DNA of 64,000 bases from Octopus vulgaris (taxonomy: Eukaryota), in NCBI GenBank assembly GCA_951406725.2, contig OX597826.1, positions 36,580,001-36,644,000 on the forward strand, read 5' to 3'. Position numbers and translations under genes: made by a program. How positions within the stretch are numbered: the stretch's first letter is position 1; each line of letters opens with the position of its first letter. The notes beneath the pieces are model-generated. The model did no database searches and was not told the DNA's origin. It worked only from the letters and a program-made list of their open reading frames with translations. Below, piece by piece: positions 1 to 12,765 of the stretch.

Positions 1-41
1 TGCATATACATACATACATATATATGTATACACATACATGC

Positions 42-91
<50 letters not shown>

Positions 92-93
92 AT
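1..93. repeat. (TACA)n/(TA)n microsatellite
   Basis: Direct reading of the sequence. Confidence 0.95.
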
Positions 94-411
94 ATAATCT
101 CAAAGACAGTTATATTCATGCATGAATGTGGTGTAGACAGATGTGTGTTGTGAAGCATTTTAGAATCTGTGTGTATGTGGGCTCTATGAATGCGTGTGCC
201 TGTGCGCGCACACACACACACGAACACATCCACACACACACCCACCCACCCACATGTATATTTATGCCGGTGTCTCCTCCTTTCCGTGACACTTTGTATT
301 CAGTTTTCACTTGGTCTCCTCTTTATAATCGAATACACAGTTTTTATTTCTTTGTTTATTTAAAACATTACCCACCCCCACCAACCTTTTCCTCTTCCCT
401 TCCTTCTTCTC

Positions 412-720
412 CATCACCATCATCACCATCGTTATCATGATCATCACAGTTGTCATCATCATGGTCATCATCATTACCGCTGTCGTCGTCCTCACCATCA
501 ATACCACCACCACTACCATCATCATCTTCATCATTATCCTCATTAACATCATCAATGCCATCATCATCATCATCTTCATCATCATCACCATCATCATCCA
601 CATGAACACCACCACCACCACCACCACCATCCTCATCCTCATCATCATTATCATCACCCTCCTCAACACCACCATCACCACTACCACCACCATCATCATC
701 ATCATCTTCACCGTCATCAC
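412..720. repeat. degenerate (CAT/CAC)n trinucleotide microsatellite
   Basis: Direct reading; explains the poly-I/M/D ORFs at 307-868. Confidence 0.95.
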
Positions 721-1261
721 GAGCATTCTGCTCTCTTTATCCCAGACTTCATATTATTCTATGATAATTCCGCCTCCACCTCTTCATCCAATACACCATC
801 CCAATTCCACCCCACCCCCATCTTTCGATGATGCTCACCCCACTGGTTTCATATTAACAGGACGTTGATCAGAATTAATAAAGTGTAGATGCTATGAAAC
901 TGGGGGGTGGCGATGGTGATGAGGTAGATGATGGTGGGGTGGGACACTGACGAAGGAATTTGGTGGGGTGGTGTTTAGAAGCACGAATGCTTTAGCCTCA
1001 TTCAAAGAATGTGCACATGCATCTATTGTTGTCTCCTGCTGTCAGCGTCATCACTGAAATCCTCACACATCGACTTTTCCTACCGCTACCACCACCACCA
1101 CAAGCATCATCACCACCACAAGCACCACCACCACCCTGCTAAAACTACTACCCACCCCCACTCCATCAACACTAACACCTCTACAAACAGTTGCACTACC
1201 ACTATCATCATCATCATCATCATTATCATCATCAGTATCAGTTTTATCACCATTGTTAGTG

Positions 1262-1455
1262 AGGGGTCTTGTATGTAGTCTCTAGAACTGCTAGAAATAG
1301 CAACATATTTCCATTAAATCCTTCTCTATTTAAGGACATGTTGGATAATGTGTTCCTAAGATCCTAGTATGTAAGAAAAAGACAGGTTGATCACACTTGG
1401 ATTGTCTTTGATTATGGGCGTATTTTCTCAGGACAGACCTAGGGCTAAACAACTG
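1262..1455 (+). mobile_element. dispersed repeat family E (ctgctagaaatagc...gctaaacaac), unclassified
   Basis: Similar to the reverse complement of 20443-20622 and 10660-10860, and to 28530-28690. Confidence 0.5.
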
Positions 1456-1949
1456 TAGAAAGCGACAAGTATCTCCTCCTCTCCCTCTCCCTATCCCTAT
1501 CCGACATCAACTTTACTTCTACCCCCATCAACACCATCATTTACATCAGACGATACAAATCCATACCATCCTCAGAACCACCTCCACCACCACCACCACC
1601 ACCACCGCCACCACCACCAGCAACAACGACGTGCAACACTGCAATGTCAGTGCACAAGAGCACCAACACCAGTAATACTTCAGATATTTTATTTAAATGA
1701 TATTCAAATCAAATTGAAACCGATCATGGTGTTGCATAATTTTGGTTGATAGTGTGCTTTTGGCTGCATAACTATTGTTAATGTCAAGGGACCCTGCTGA
1801 AGGAGGAGTTGAAGAATGTAAAGCGTTGGTTTGGTGAAGAGGTGGGGGTTAGTTAGGGTTTTCAATTAATCGTGCCACTCCACCAATCGACCAACACCAC
1901 CAGTCCAAGAGAGAGAAAAGCAGGGATTGGGAAGTACAAGTTGGTTTGA

Positions 1950-2295
1950 ATTGGAACTGAAACAATACGTGATAGATTCTACATATTCCTAAATGGGAAT
2001 GCAAATGGCAGAAATGGTTAAGAATTGGAAGAATAATGTATGTCTTGGAATACTGAGAAATGGTAAATGGAGACAAGAATAGGATCAATGCTTTCTACTA
2101 TGACCAGTGTCAGGAGAAAATCTGCCATGTCGTCTGCTCTGCCAAAGTTCCAAATGATGAAGTAATATAATAAAACTGATAACAGTTCTGATTCTTCTGT
2201 GATTCTTGAAATAAAATATTGGTGGCTCAGATGGCTGATACACATATCTCAGACTGAATCGGGATATGATAAGAAAAGCAGCATGAAGGTGGAGC
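1950..2295 (+). mobile_element. old RTE-clade LINE ORF C-terminal remnant
   Basis: Pieces read DKNRINAF...KVPNDEVI and SVILEIKYWWLRWLIHI, resembling the RTE RRLRWLGHV region; homologous segment on the minus strand near 50300-50400. Confidence 0.45.
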
Positions 2296-2325
2296 CTCCT
2301 TCCTCGTCATCATCAGTGCCATCAT

Positions 2326-2560
2326 TATCATTTAACATCCATTTTCCATGCTGGCATGGGTTGGCTAGTTTGACTGGAGCTGGAAAAGCCAGGAGCCACA
2401 CTTGGTTCCATTGTCTGTTTGGCATGGTTTCTACAGCTGGATGCTCTGCCTACACCAACCACTTTACAGAGTGTACTAGACGCTTTTTGCGTGGCACCAG
2501 CACCAACAGAGTCACTAAGTACCTTGCAAGACAAAAAGCCCCTCAACTGGGAGGGAAAGG
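2326..2560 (-). mobile_element. family D SINE/LINE tail with RTE-type (TGA)n end
   Basis: Reverse complement of ...gcatccagctgtagaaacc...ccatgccagcatggaaaatggatgttaaatga, shared with 13560, 41225, 46630, 55215. Confidence 0.8.
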
Positions 2561-2741
2561 GACAAAGAATACCTGGTATAGAAAAATTGAAGATAAACTA
2601 AATGGGAAATGTATGGTGCAAAGAACAGAGAGACATTAAAGACAGGAATGGTTGGTACTGAATTGTCAAAGCTTCATTCCTCATTTGGGATGAAGAGCAT
2701 TAAATAAATGACAAGAAATTCTATAATTAAAATAACGGTTT

Positions 2742-2950
2742 AAAATTTTGGCATAAGGCCAGCCAGTTTAGGGAGAAAGGGCCAACCGATTCCATTAACA
2801 TCAATACTTGACTAATATCTTATTTTATCAACTCCAAAAAGATGAAAGGCAAAGGTGGTCCCAGCAGAATTTGAACTCAGAACATGAAGCACTGAAAGAA
2901 ATGCTGCCACATGTTCTGTCTGAAGCACCTACTATTCAACCAGTTTGCCA
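2742..2950 (-). mobile_element. family A tRNA-derived SINE, degenerate
   Basis: gatgaaaggcaaag...gaatttgaactcagaac core shared with the copy at 11618-12157. Confidence 0.7.
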
Positions 2951-3034
2951 ATGCAAATAATTCATTCTTATTTTGGCATGGCATTTTGTCTGACTTTTGT
3001 CAAGTGATTCTTCCAAAACACCACTCTATATGAT

Positions 3035-3250
3035 AATAATCTTTTCATCTCAAGGTACAATACCTGAAATTTAGCAGGAGGATATCAGTTGGTTACATCA
3101 ACCCCAGTGCATAACTGGTACTTATTCTATCAACCGCTTCCTCATTTGGGGATGAAAGGCAGTTTAAAACTCAGCAGCCATTTAAACTCAGAACAGAAAG
3201 ACAGGCAAAGTATTTTGTCCATCATGCCAACCATTCTGCCAATTAGCTTC
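3035..3250 (-). mobile_element. family A tRNA-derived SINE, degenerate
   Basis: catcaaccccagtgcataactggtac...gatgaaaggc...aactcagaac. Confidence 0.7.
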
Positions 3251-3554
3251 TTCACTGTGAGTCACAATAATAATGATTTCTTCTTAATAACTGAAACAAC
3301 TGCTTTTGTAAATATTTAATCAAATCTTTTTATGTTCTAAGTTCAAATCTTACCAAAGTCAACTTTGTATTCAATTCTCCTTAGCACAATGAGAAATAAA
3401 ATCCAACTCATTTATCCAAATTAAATGGCCTAAATTTTTTCCACAAGATGTAGTATTTTTTTTTTTTTGCACCAAAGAAATCAATAAATTTACTAGTATT
3501 ACTTCCAGATCAATACACGGCTATTGATCTGGTCATTCATAACTATTTAAGAAG

Positions 3555-3938
<384 letters not shown>

Positions 3939-4149
3939 GTAGTTAAGAAGGCTTACCTACACCTCTCATTTGCAAGTATTTGGTGGGGTGTTTTATGTTT
4001 GTATCTCCAACTCCATCAATAAAAAAACAACACTGTTTTTTTCATCATTTAAGCCTCTCAATGGATTCAGGCATTTTGTAAAGGAATTAACAGAATTTAT
4101 TCATTTGGTGATGTGGCATCAGCAAAGACCAAGGATCCAGACTAATACG

Positions 4150-4445
4150 ATGATTATGATGATTATGATGATGATGATGGTGGTGGTAATAACTATCATC
4201 ATTACCATTACCACCATTGGTATCACCATTGTCATCCCCCTGCCACCACAACCACTACCATCACCATCTCCATATCATTATCGTCATCATCACTGTCATT
4301 GTCATCAACATCATCAGCAATATCTTCACCATCATCATCATCAGCAGCAGCAATATCTTCATCGTCATCGTCGTCATCACCCATCATCAACAACAAAATT
4401 GTCGTCATTGTTATCACCACCATCGCCATCATCATCATCATCATC
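4150..4445. repeat. (GAT)n/(CAT)n degenerate microsatellite
   Basis: Direct reading. Confidence 0.9.
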
Positions 4446-4931
4446 CACAGCAGAGTCAGAGGTAGATAAGAGAAATGTTAATTGCATGTCTTCTGAAAAT
4501 ATAGCTAATTATCTATTCATATATTCTGTCGGCCCCCAAAATTAAAATATATTCGCCAATAAAGCATTATCTTATTTGACACTTCATTTGCATTTATTCT
4601 CCTCCATTATTAACACAAACAAAATACAGCTTCATAAAATACAGTTTCCAATCAAGATTGTCTATCGTCAGATGTAATATATTTTGTTATTTAATGAAGT
4701 AAATAGACTCTAAATATTTTCTCTTTCTTTTCGTTATTATATTCAAATTTTGCTTTAAGTTCAATTAATTCGCTAATATTTTTTTCTATTATATTTTGTT
4801 GTTGTTTGTTTTAGTTATTAAGTTGAAGTGAATTATATATACGTAATTCTGTGATAAAAACTTGGAATCTCATTTAGCAGTTATGTAATATGAGGACAAT
4901 GATGTGATAGAAACCATCGGCTTCATAACGT

Positions 4932-5018
4932 CAGGTAAGAACCTATACCCTCATCCAGGTAATCTATATGCACATACAGGTAACTTGTACTCTCATCCAG
5001 GTAACTGATACCCTCAAA
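4932..5018 (+). repeat. 21-bp minisatellite, 4 units
   Basis: CAGGTAA recurs at 4932, 4956, 4977, 4998. Confidence 0.8.
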
Positions 5019-5144
5019 CCATCTTTACCATATAAGGAACACAACAGTCAAGGAAGCATTAAGTTTGAAATCTGGTTTAAACTGATCGTTTAAAATCAAT
5101 GTCGTTTGTACCTTCAATGAGCCAAGGATACATAACTCTCTTAA

Positions 5145-5828
5145 TTTCTTCAGTCATTTGACTGTGGCCATACTGGAGCACCTCCTTTAATCAAACAAAT
5201 CGACCCCACGACTTATTATTTCTAAGCCCAGTACCTCATTATATTGGTCTCTTGTGCTGAACTGCTAAGTTACAGAGACGTAAACACATCAATATTGGTT
5301 GTCAAGCAATGGTGGGAGAACAAACACAGACATAGGAATACATGCATATACATATGTATATATATGGAGGTTATGAGCTGTAATGGTGTCAGTTAGACCC
5401 AAAGGTGTCAGGTAATGCTGAGTAAGTGCTATGGATAGACCATAGTTAAGCTCCAGGTTTGGTGATTATGCGAATAAGGTGTCCAACGTAGGTCATATAT
5501 CAGCGTGTGTATATATAAAATTTTTTTTATCAGAATGACATAAAAAGTCAAGGCTGTGAAGATTTTAGAACATTTATGAATAGATGCTCTAAAATCTTCA
5601 CAGCCTTGGTTTTTTATCTCATTCTGAAAAAAAAAAATTTATATATGTATGTTTATATATATATATACACAATGGGCTTCTTTCAGTTTCTGTCTACCAA
5701 ATCCACTCACAAGGCTTTGGTCAACCCAAGGCTATAGCAGAAGATACTTGCCGAAGGTACCACACAATGGGACTGAACCTGGAACCATGTGTTTGGGAGG
5801 CAAGCTTCTTACCATACAACCGCTGTAT
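5145..5828 (-). mobile_element. family C tRNA-derived SINE interrupted in its central microsatellite by about 300 bp of foreign sequence
   Basis: 3' half 5145-5345 (cagtcatttgactgtggccatactggagcacc) and 5' half 5668-5828 match the uninterrupted copy at 41720-42086. Confidence 0.8.
5511..5646. repeat. fold-back inverted repeat, about 67-bp arms
   Basis: caaggctgtgaagattttaga / tctaaaatcttcacagccttg and flanks are complementary. Confidence 0.9.
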
Positions 5829-5985
5829 AATTTCAAAGATAATTGTTGTATGGTTGTCATATACGACCATCTGATCAAGAAGCAAATTTCTTACTACATT
5901 ACCACACCTGAGCCTAAACACATTTAGAAGTTTATATATCTATCTATCTATCTACCTATATATATATATATATAAGAAAAAAAAG

Positions 5986-6175
5986 AGTGAAAAAACTACA
6001 GAAGACTTGTGTTATATGGTAAAAGAATATATTCAAATTGTTGTGTTAGATAAATGTTATAAGATTTTGCATATCACAATGTTACTATACACAAAATTTT
6101 CTAACATTTTTCTAACATAACAATTTGAATATATTCTTTAACCATATAACACAAGCCTTCTGTAGTTTTTTCACT
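5986..6175. repeat. fold-back inverted repeat, about 89-bp arms, 12-nt loop
   Basis: agtgaaaaaactacagaag...gaatatattcaaattgtt pairs with aacaatttgaatatattc...cttctgtagttttttcact; about 8 mismatches by eye. Confidence 0.92.
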
Positions 6176-6230
6176 TTATTTTGTCTTTTATACATCTAAC
6201 CAAGTGCTTTCACATATCAACTCTCTCACC

Positions 6231-6458
<228 letters not shown>

Positions 6459-6785
6459 TTGACAAGCATTGCCGATGGTGCATGAGCAGGCATGCACATA
6501 TATAGTTAAAATAGGGAATCCTCACCAGTTTTTCTCCCAAACATTTCTTTCATAGATTTATAGTTTTCAAAACATGATATTTTGAAAGTTCTTGTCAAAT
6601 ATTTCATATTGAACCATTCCCATTTAAATTTCAAAAACTGAATCTATTTTGAATTAACTGCATCACTTGTTTTATTAACTCTAGCAGACCAAAGTAGCAT
6701 TTGAACTATAAAAAAAAAAAAAAAAAAACACAATGAATTCCTGCCTCATTACTGTTGTCTAATTTGTTTAATGTTTCAGGCATGG

Positions 6786-6819
<34 letters not shown>

Positions 6820-6959
6820 TAATGCTGTTACCATTGTTTATGCTGCTCTGACAGTTTTCAAAGCTGCCATTTTTTTTCTCTGATATTCTCTGTATTCACA
6901 GGTTGGATTTGCCTTAAAAGGTCTCAATAAATAACTCAACTCTTTTACCAAATGCTGCG

Positions 6960-7239
6960 CCCAAAAGCATAGGACATGACTAGCATTTGGAAGGGCATCC
7001 AGCCATAGAAACTCTGCCAAAGCTGACACTGGAGGCTGATGCCATCTTGCAAACTCATCAGATCCTATCAAACCTTCCAATGTATGCCAGCATGGACAAT
7101 GCTTGTTAAATGACAATGATGATGATGACGATGAGGATAACGATGATGATGATGATGATGATGTTGAGGATGATGATGAGGATAATGATGTTGATGATGA
7201 TGTTAATGATGATGTTGATGATGATGACGATAATGATGT

Positions 7240-7271
<32 letters not shown>

Positions 7272-7357
7272 TTGATGATGATGATGATGATGACGATGAC
7301 AACAACAATGACAACAATGATCACGATGACGATGATGACGACAACGACGATGATGAT
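6960..7357 (+). mobile_element. family D tail followed by an expanded (GAT)n tract
   Basis: ggaagggcatccagccatagaaac...gccagcatggacaatgcttgttaaatgac then (GAT)n 7110-7357. Confidence 0.75.
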
Positions 7358-8305
7358 ATTTGCTTTCCATAATTTCTGATATGAGGTTTCCTGACCAAAT
7401 ACCCTCCCTATCACTGACACATTGCCAGCCTGAACTGGCTGCATTCTATCAAACTCCCACCATTTTCAATGTCTCACACACTTCCTTTCTCCTGCCCACA
7501 TGTAAATAGAAAAAAAAAAAACCAACTGAATGTTGTAACATTCATGGCTTTTTCAAAGACAAAAGCAACAGAAGTGAATTATCTTCAGCCCAAAGATAAA
7601 TACCAAACAGCAGATTTAATTCAGTGGAAAAAAAAAGAGAAAGATTCCTTTTGATCCCTGGCACCAACTTTTAGACATATTGACATTGTTAAAGCGCAGA
7701 TTTTGTTTCGTTTTTTTTTCAAACATTATCTTGGTTTCTTGAAGAGACATAAAGAGTAACTCTTCAATAAAACTGAGAATTTATAGTTTCAAAATTTAAA
7801 GCATTTGATATTAAGGGAATGAAGTAATGTTTACTAGCAAGGAGCCATATTGGAAACATGCATTTAGATCAAAGAGATGGCAAAAGGAACAACAGAAGAA
7901 GCAGCATACGCATCACTCCCTGAATGCTGTTTTAATAATTGGCAGGCAGCCATATTGTAAGCTGACACTAGATCAAAGACTGTCCACAACATTATCGCAT
8001 TATCAGCAAATTTTTTTATGCAGTAAGTGATCTTTGAGCCTAACTCTAGAATTGGGAAACTAAATCTAAAATATGTTTACATTTCAAACAATTTTATTTC
8101 CCCAAATCATGAAGATTTGGGGTATATTGTCTTGCTGATGATGACATTGGAATTACAAATGTAGCAGTGGCATCTTTTTCCTTTTATCTGCTAAAAACAA
8201 CCATTTTATTTTTCAGTGTTCACAGACTCGAGAGAGGTGGAGATAATAACAGATACTAAGTCGCAGATAAGTAGATACATACACACGTACAGACAACTAC
8301 ACTAA

Positions 8306-8343
<38 letters not shown>

Positions 8344-8581
8344 CAGAGAGTAGAGAGGGTGAAAGAATAGACATTTAGATAGGTAGGTAAGATAGACAGA
8401 GATATATATACACACAGACATATATATATGTATATTGTTATATATATATATCATTATCAGCAATTTCATCATTGTTTTAACAGCCTCTTTTCAATGTTCA
8501 TTGATCCAAGAGCGATAGAGATGGTTAGAAAGACAGATAAGTAGATATAGATATATATAAATAAATCCTCTGATAGAGAGC

Positions 8582-8626
<45 letters not shown>

Positions 8627-9112
8627 GGCTGGAGACAGATAAGCAACAATATGCAGATAGATGGCAAGACAGATAGGCAGACATACGCACTCTCATATCC
8701 ACATATACACACAAGAAGCTATGTAGGCGGATAACAATGAGAATGTATGTAATGGTAGAAAAAGCAGTCATTCTGGTATAAAATATGTGGTGCTGGTGAA
8801 GCCAGTATTTTTCCCTGTTGCGGAAAGTTTAATAGTAAAGCAGGCACTAGGACACATGTTTTAGTAAGGCATAAAAATTTAATTAGTATTTACAGCCACA
8901 ATGATAAGAATATTTATTGTCTTAATCATTAATTAAGGTAAAAAAATATCAGGGGTGACAAGCGTTGGAAATTTAATTAAATGAAATAAATAAAATATGA
9001 AATACAGTAGAAGTGAGTGAGTTTGATCTTTAGCAACAAGGAGATAACTCCTTCCTATTTCAGTCTTATTAGACCTAATCAGAAAAACAGTGACTGCAAT
9101 ATATGAGAATGA

Positions 9113-9301
9113 CTAGAGAGATATGAATATTTCATGTTGTGGTAACTTAAAAGAAAGAGTAAACTGGAAATACTCAGGGTCACCTCCTGCATGGAATATG
9201 ACTGCAAATGGTACACATTCAGTTTTATTCTGTTGCTGCAATAAAGGTCTCTGTTTCTCAGAGTTGAGTGGTTTCATTCTTCTATCACTCAGTACCTCCA
9301 A
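9113..9301 (-). pseudogene. possible Penelope-like element ORF remnant (post-RT linker)
   Basis: RPLLQQQNKTECVPFAVIFHAG resembles the R..LL...K..RVPFVVTYHP motif of PLE proteins; recognition only. Confidence 0.3.
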
Positions 9302-9886
9302 GACTTTTGTCTTTTTTACCTTTCATCATCCTTGTTACATTTACCACCATCACCACCACCACAACCGCCACCACCACCACCACTGCCCTCCCACACTAAC
9401 TGCTTTGCTCTGTCCTTTCTCCCCAAATCATTAGTTTTCTGGAATCTTCCCCCATCCTTGTGTTCTTCCTGCCCTTGTCAAGCAGCCACAGTATAAACAG
9501 AACATGAATCTCAATAGTCCAGGAGGTCTTGCAGATGTTATGGGTACTGCCCATTCTTTCAGACTCGGGAATAAAAATAAAAAAGATTACTGGGAACTTT
9601 CTGTAGAAAACAGAATTTGGTCAGAGAGAAAAAGTATGAATCTCATTTCAAAAATCCCATGGGTCTGTATCAGGGTTATATTCATCACCAGCCCCTAAAA
9701 AGTGATGGGGTATATAAATGTGGTACTAGTCTTTGTGTGGTGGATTTAATTAAAAGGAAAAAGGAAAGGTATGAGGCAAGGGCTCAACAGAATATAAGGG
9801 AGTTGAAGATGAGAAATGGTTGAGCAGCATATGTTCCTTTAACATAACAAAAAATGCTGTTTTAGTTGAGGGAGAAAATCTTTACA

Positions 9887-10182
9887 GGTCTAAATTCAAG
9901 AGATGAGGAATTATGTACATTATTTACCTTATTAACATTATTTACATTTAACGGATATTTGTCCTCATCATGTTTGTTGTTAACATAATGTTTCAGGTAA
10001 ATTTCGAACCTGGGTTCTCATTCCTAAGGTATTTTTCGATGTTATTATTACTACTATTATTATTATTCAGTAGTTTTATTTTTATAGCGTGCTTTCACTT
10101 CACTACCGAGCGCAGCTCTGTGTGCCTTGGGTATGTGCTGTGATTTGTTGTGATGCTCTGATGGTTATTGTATGGAAAGTGT

Positions 10183-10216
<34 letters not shown>

Positions 10217-10308
10217 CATCATTATCATTATTATTCAGGTCACTGCCTAGAATTGAACTCGGAATCTTGGGGTTAGTAGCCTGCACTCTTAACCACTTCA
10301 CCATATGC
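9887..10308 (-). mobile_element. tRNA-headed repeat of the hammerhead family, copy 2 (full head, ribozyme core deleted, extra internal module)
   Basis: Head 10236-10308: A box TGGTGAAGTGG, loop CTACTAA, B box GTTCAATTC; two (AAT)n tracts flanking a module at about 10068-10185; body and tail match copy 1, with a deletion at about 9995. Confidence 0.8.
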
Positions 10309-10419
10309 TTGTCAAATGTAAATAATGTAAGCAAATCTTTAGTTCTAAACAGACAGAATCTAGTTTAAGTGCAGTATTTAATGACTTTAATACAATCAGT
10401 CTAATCTAAATATCAAGTT

Positions 10420-10628
10420 CAAATTTTGGCCCAAGGTCAATAGGTTTGGGAAAGCAGGGCAAGTCAATTACATCAGCCCCCAGTGTTTCACTGGTGCTCA
10501 TTTTATCGACCCTGTAAGGATGAAAGGTAAAGTTGACCTTGACAGAATTTGAACCCATAAAGTTAGCCCAGACGAAATACTGCTGAGCATTCTGCCCAGC
10601 ATGCTAACAATTCTGTCAGCTTGCTGCT
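10420..10628 (-). mobile_element. family A SINE
   Basis: ttttatcgaccctgtaaggatgaaaggtaaagttgacc...gaatttgaac...gctaacaattctgtcagcttgctgc. Confidence 0.8.
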
Positions 10629-10659
10629 TTCTTTTTTCTAAATATTAACTTTGTTGATT

Positions 10660-10860
10660 TTGTTGTTCTTTTATTCTGAGTCAACATTGATTAACCTTAC
10701 CTATGATTGAAGACATTCCCTCTGTGACCATCCCATCAATTTTTACATTTTAGTAATACATTATGAATTTTGTCTTTCCTTAATTTAAGACACTTGGCTG
10801 TGATTTTCAGGAAAATTTTCTATTCTTGTGATGAAGTGGAATTGCCTTTGTGACCAAGTT
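10660..10860 (-). mobile_element. family E repeat, degenerate
   Basis: Similar to the reverse complement of 1262-1455. Confidence 0.35.
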
Positions 10861-11617
10861 GCAGTTGGTGCAATGAAAATTTTGACACCAAACAATAAAT
10901 GCTTAAGTGACATTAAAATGCTTTGCATGTCTTTGAATGGCCAATCAGTGCATCACATGCTGTAATTGTTTTAGTTTCAAGACATGGTCTCAGACAAAAT
11001 CACTACGAATTTCACCTGGAAAATCTCTATTTATAATTAGTCAAGAATCCATGTAGAAGCTCCTTTGTAAGTTCATGAAATATATTTACTAAAAGAATTC
11101 TGTGGAACCAAATCTACAGACTTAGCATTGAACAACCATTTTTCTTCAGTCAAAATCTATTGATTCACGTTGCTCTAATCAGAAAGATATTGTCATTTAT
11201 TTCATGACTCTCTCATCTTATTCCTTAATAGTTATTAAATTATTTGATATAATAATTTATCTCATTTGTTTAATCTCTTTTTCATGAGACTCTATCTAAT
11301 AATTGCAATTAATACAGCATTATCTTGAGGTCAACCAGTTCACAGACATGAATAACAAGAGATTAAACAGAATTCTCATGTCCAACTGACAAATGTTGAT
11401 GTCTAGTGAAGGACACAGCAGCTTTGGTAACCACATTTTTATAGACTTGTGTAACTTCAACATGAACAGACATTACACCAATTAGTAACGTTAACATACA
11501 TTTAAAAACTATTAAATGATTATGTAAGCCAGGCTTTTGTGCAATTCAAGGATTGCACCAGATCTGTTGTATTCAATTCACTTTACTTTCACCATTTCTA
11601 GACTCACAGTCATTACT

Positions 11618-12157
11618 TATTTCTTTACTACCCACAAGGGGCTAAACACAGAGAGGACAAACAAGGACAGACAAATGGATTAAGTCAATTGTCCCTTCTT
11701 GAGCCATGCCTGGCTCATAAGGGCCGGTTTCCCGGTTTCTTGGCGTGTAGGTTCCCCACCTGGACGGGACGCCGGTCCGTTGCAGGTGAGCTGCAAGATG
11801 CAGGAGGAAAGAGGGAGAGAAAGTTGTGGCGAAAGAATCAGCAGAAGTTTGCCATTACCTGCCGGAGCTGTTTGGAGCTTAGGTGTTTCGCTCATAAACA
11901 CACACATCGCCCATTCTGATATTCGAACCCGCGATCCCTCGACCACGAGTCCACTGCTCTAACCACTAGGCCATGTGCCTCCATGATTATGTCGATTGTA
12001 TTGATCCCAGAGCATAACTGGTACTTAATTTATCGACCCCTGAAAGGATGAAAGGCAAAGTCAACCTCGGCGGAATTTGAACTCAGAACGTAACGGCAGA
12101 TGAAATACGGCTACACATTTCGCCCAGCGTGCTAACGTTTCTGCCAGCTTGCCGCCT
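11618..12157 (-). mobile_element. full-length family A SINE split by a nested SINE
   Basis: Head ggcggcaagctggcagaaacgttagc...gagttcaaattcc at 12157-12070; tail ...gccccttgtgggtagtaaagaaata at 11618-11690. Confidence 0.9.
11692..11984 (-). mobile_element. family B tRNA-derived SINE (probably octopus OR-type), tail variant 1, with 14-bp TSD
   Basis: Head tggaggcacatggcctagtggttagagcag...gggttcgaat; flanked by gattaagtcaattg (11678-11691) and gattatgtcgattg (11985-11998). Confidence 0.9.
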
Positions 12158-12384
12158 TCTCTCGCAGTCATTACTGCTTTTCTCCATGTCATTCATTATT
12201 CACAGCCATCACTCACTCTTACCATTGTCCACCTCTGTTACTATCCATCATTCCCTCCCTCTTTCTCACTTTCCACAAATACCACACTCTTAACTAAACA
12301 CTCGTATTCTATTCACCCTCCCATCATGGTTTATCTTCTCTCATCAATCTCTTGGCCGAGTTCCCTTCAGCAAACAGACACACC

Positions 12385-12765
12385 ATAGAGCAGGGAAAAT
12401 CTTTTGCTTAAAAGGGTACAAAGCAACCCTACATGTGCTGGTGCCACGATAAAATGCACCCAGAACCTTCTGCAATGGAGCTGGCAAATGAGCAAATCTC
12501 ATGTTAACAGCACTCTTTAGTATTATCAGAGTCTTGACGAGCTCTCTAGTGTTGCCCCTATGATGAAATGCATTCAATGCAGTGTGAAAAGTGGTCGATG
12601 CTGGGAAGTCCATCCAGGTGAAGAAACCAAATCAAAATTAAAATGGACAAATGAGCTAATGGGATTATGTAATCCTAATGTCTTATGGGTAATGGGTTCA
12701 AAAAATGGATTCAGACGGTTGTAACTCATCCAACTCATGCCAGCATGGACAGCTGACGTAAAATC
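12385..12765 (+). mobile_element. family D element, degenerate
   Basis: gtgctggtgccacgataaaatgcaccc...catccaactcatgccagcatggacagctgacgtaaaat. Confidence 0.65.

Noticed and set aside
116-868. Poly-I/M/D/H ORFs here and throughout (3654-4545, 6838-7444, 21888-22300, 40674-41300)
   Set aside because: Translations of trinucleotide microsatellites that lack stops by composition; no domain or splice evidence
10236-10308. tRNA gene (also the heads near 11984, 12157, 29122, 57711)
   Set aside because: A/B boxes present but no complete cloverleaf or acceptor stem; each is fused to a SINE body
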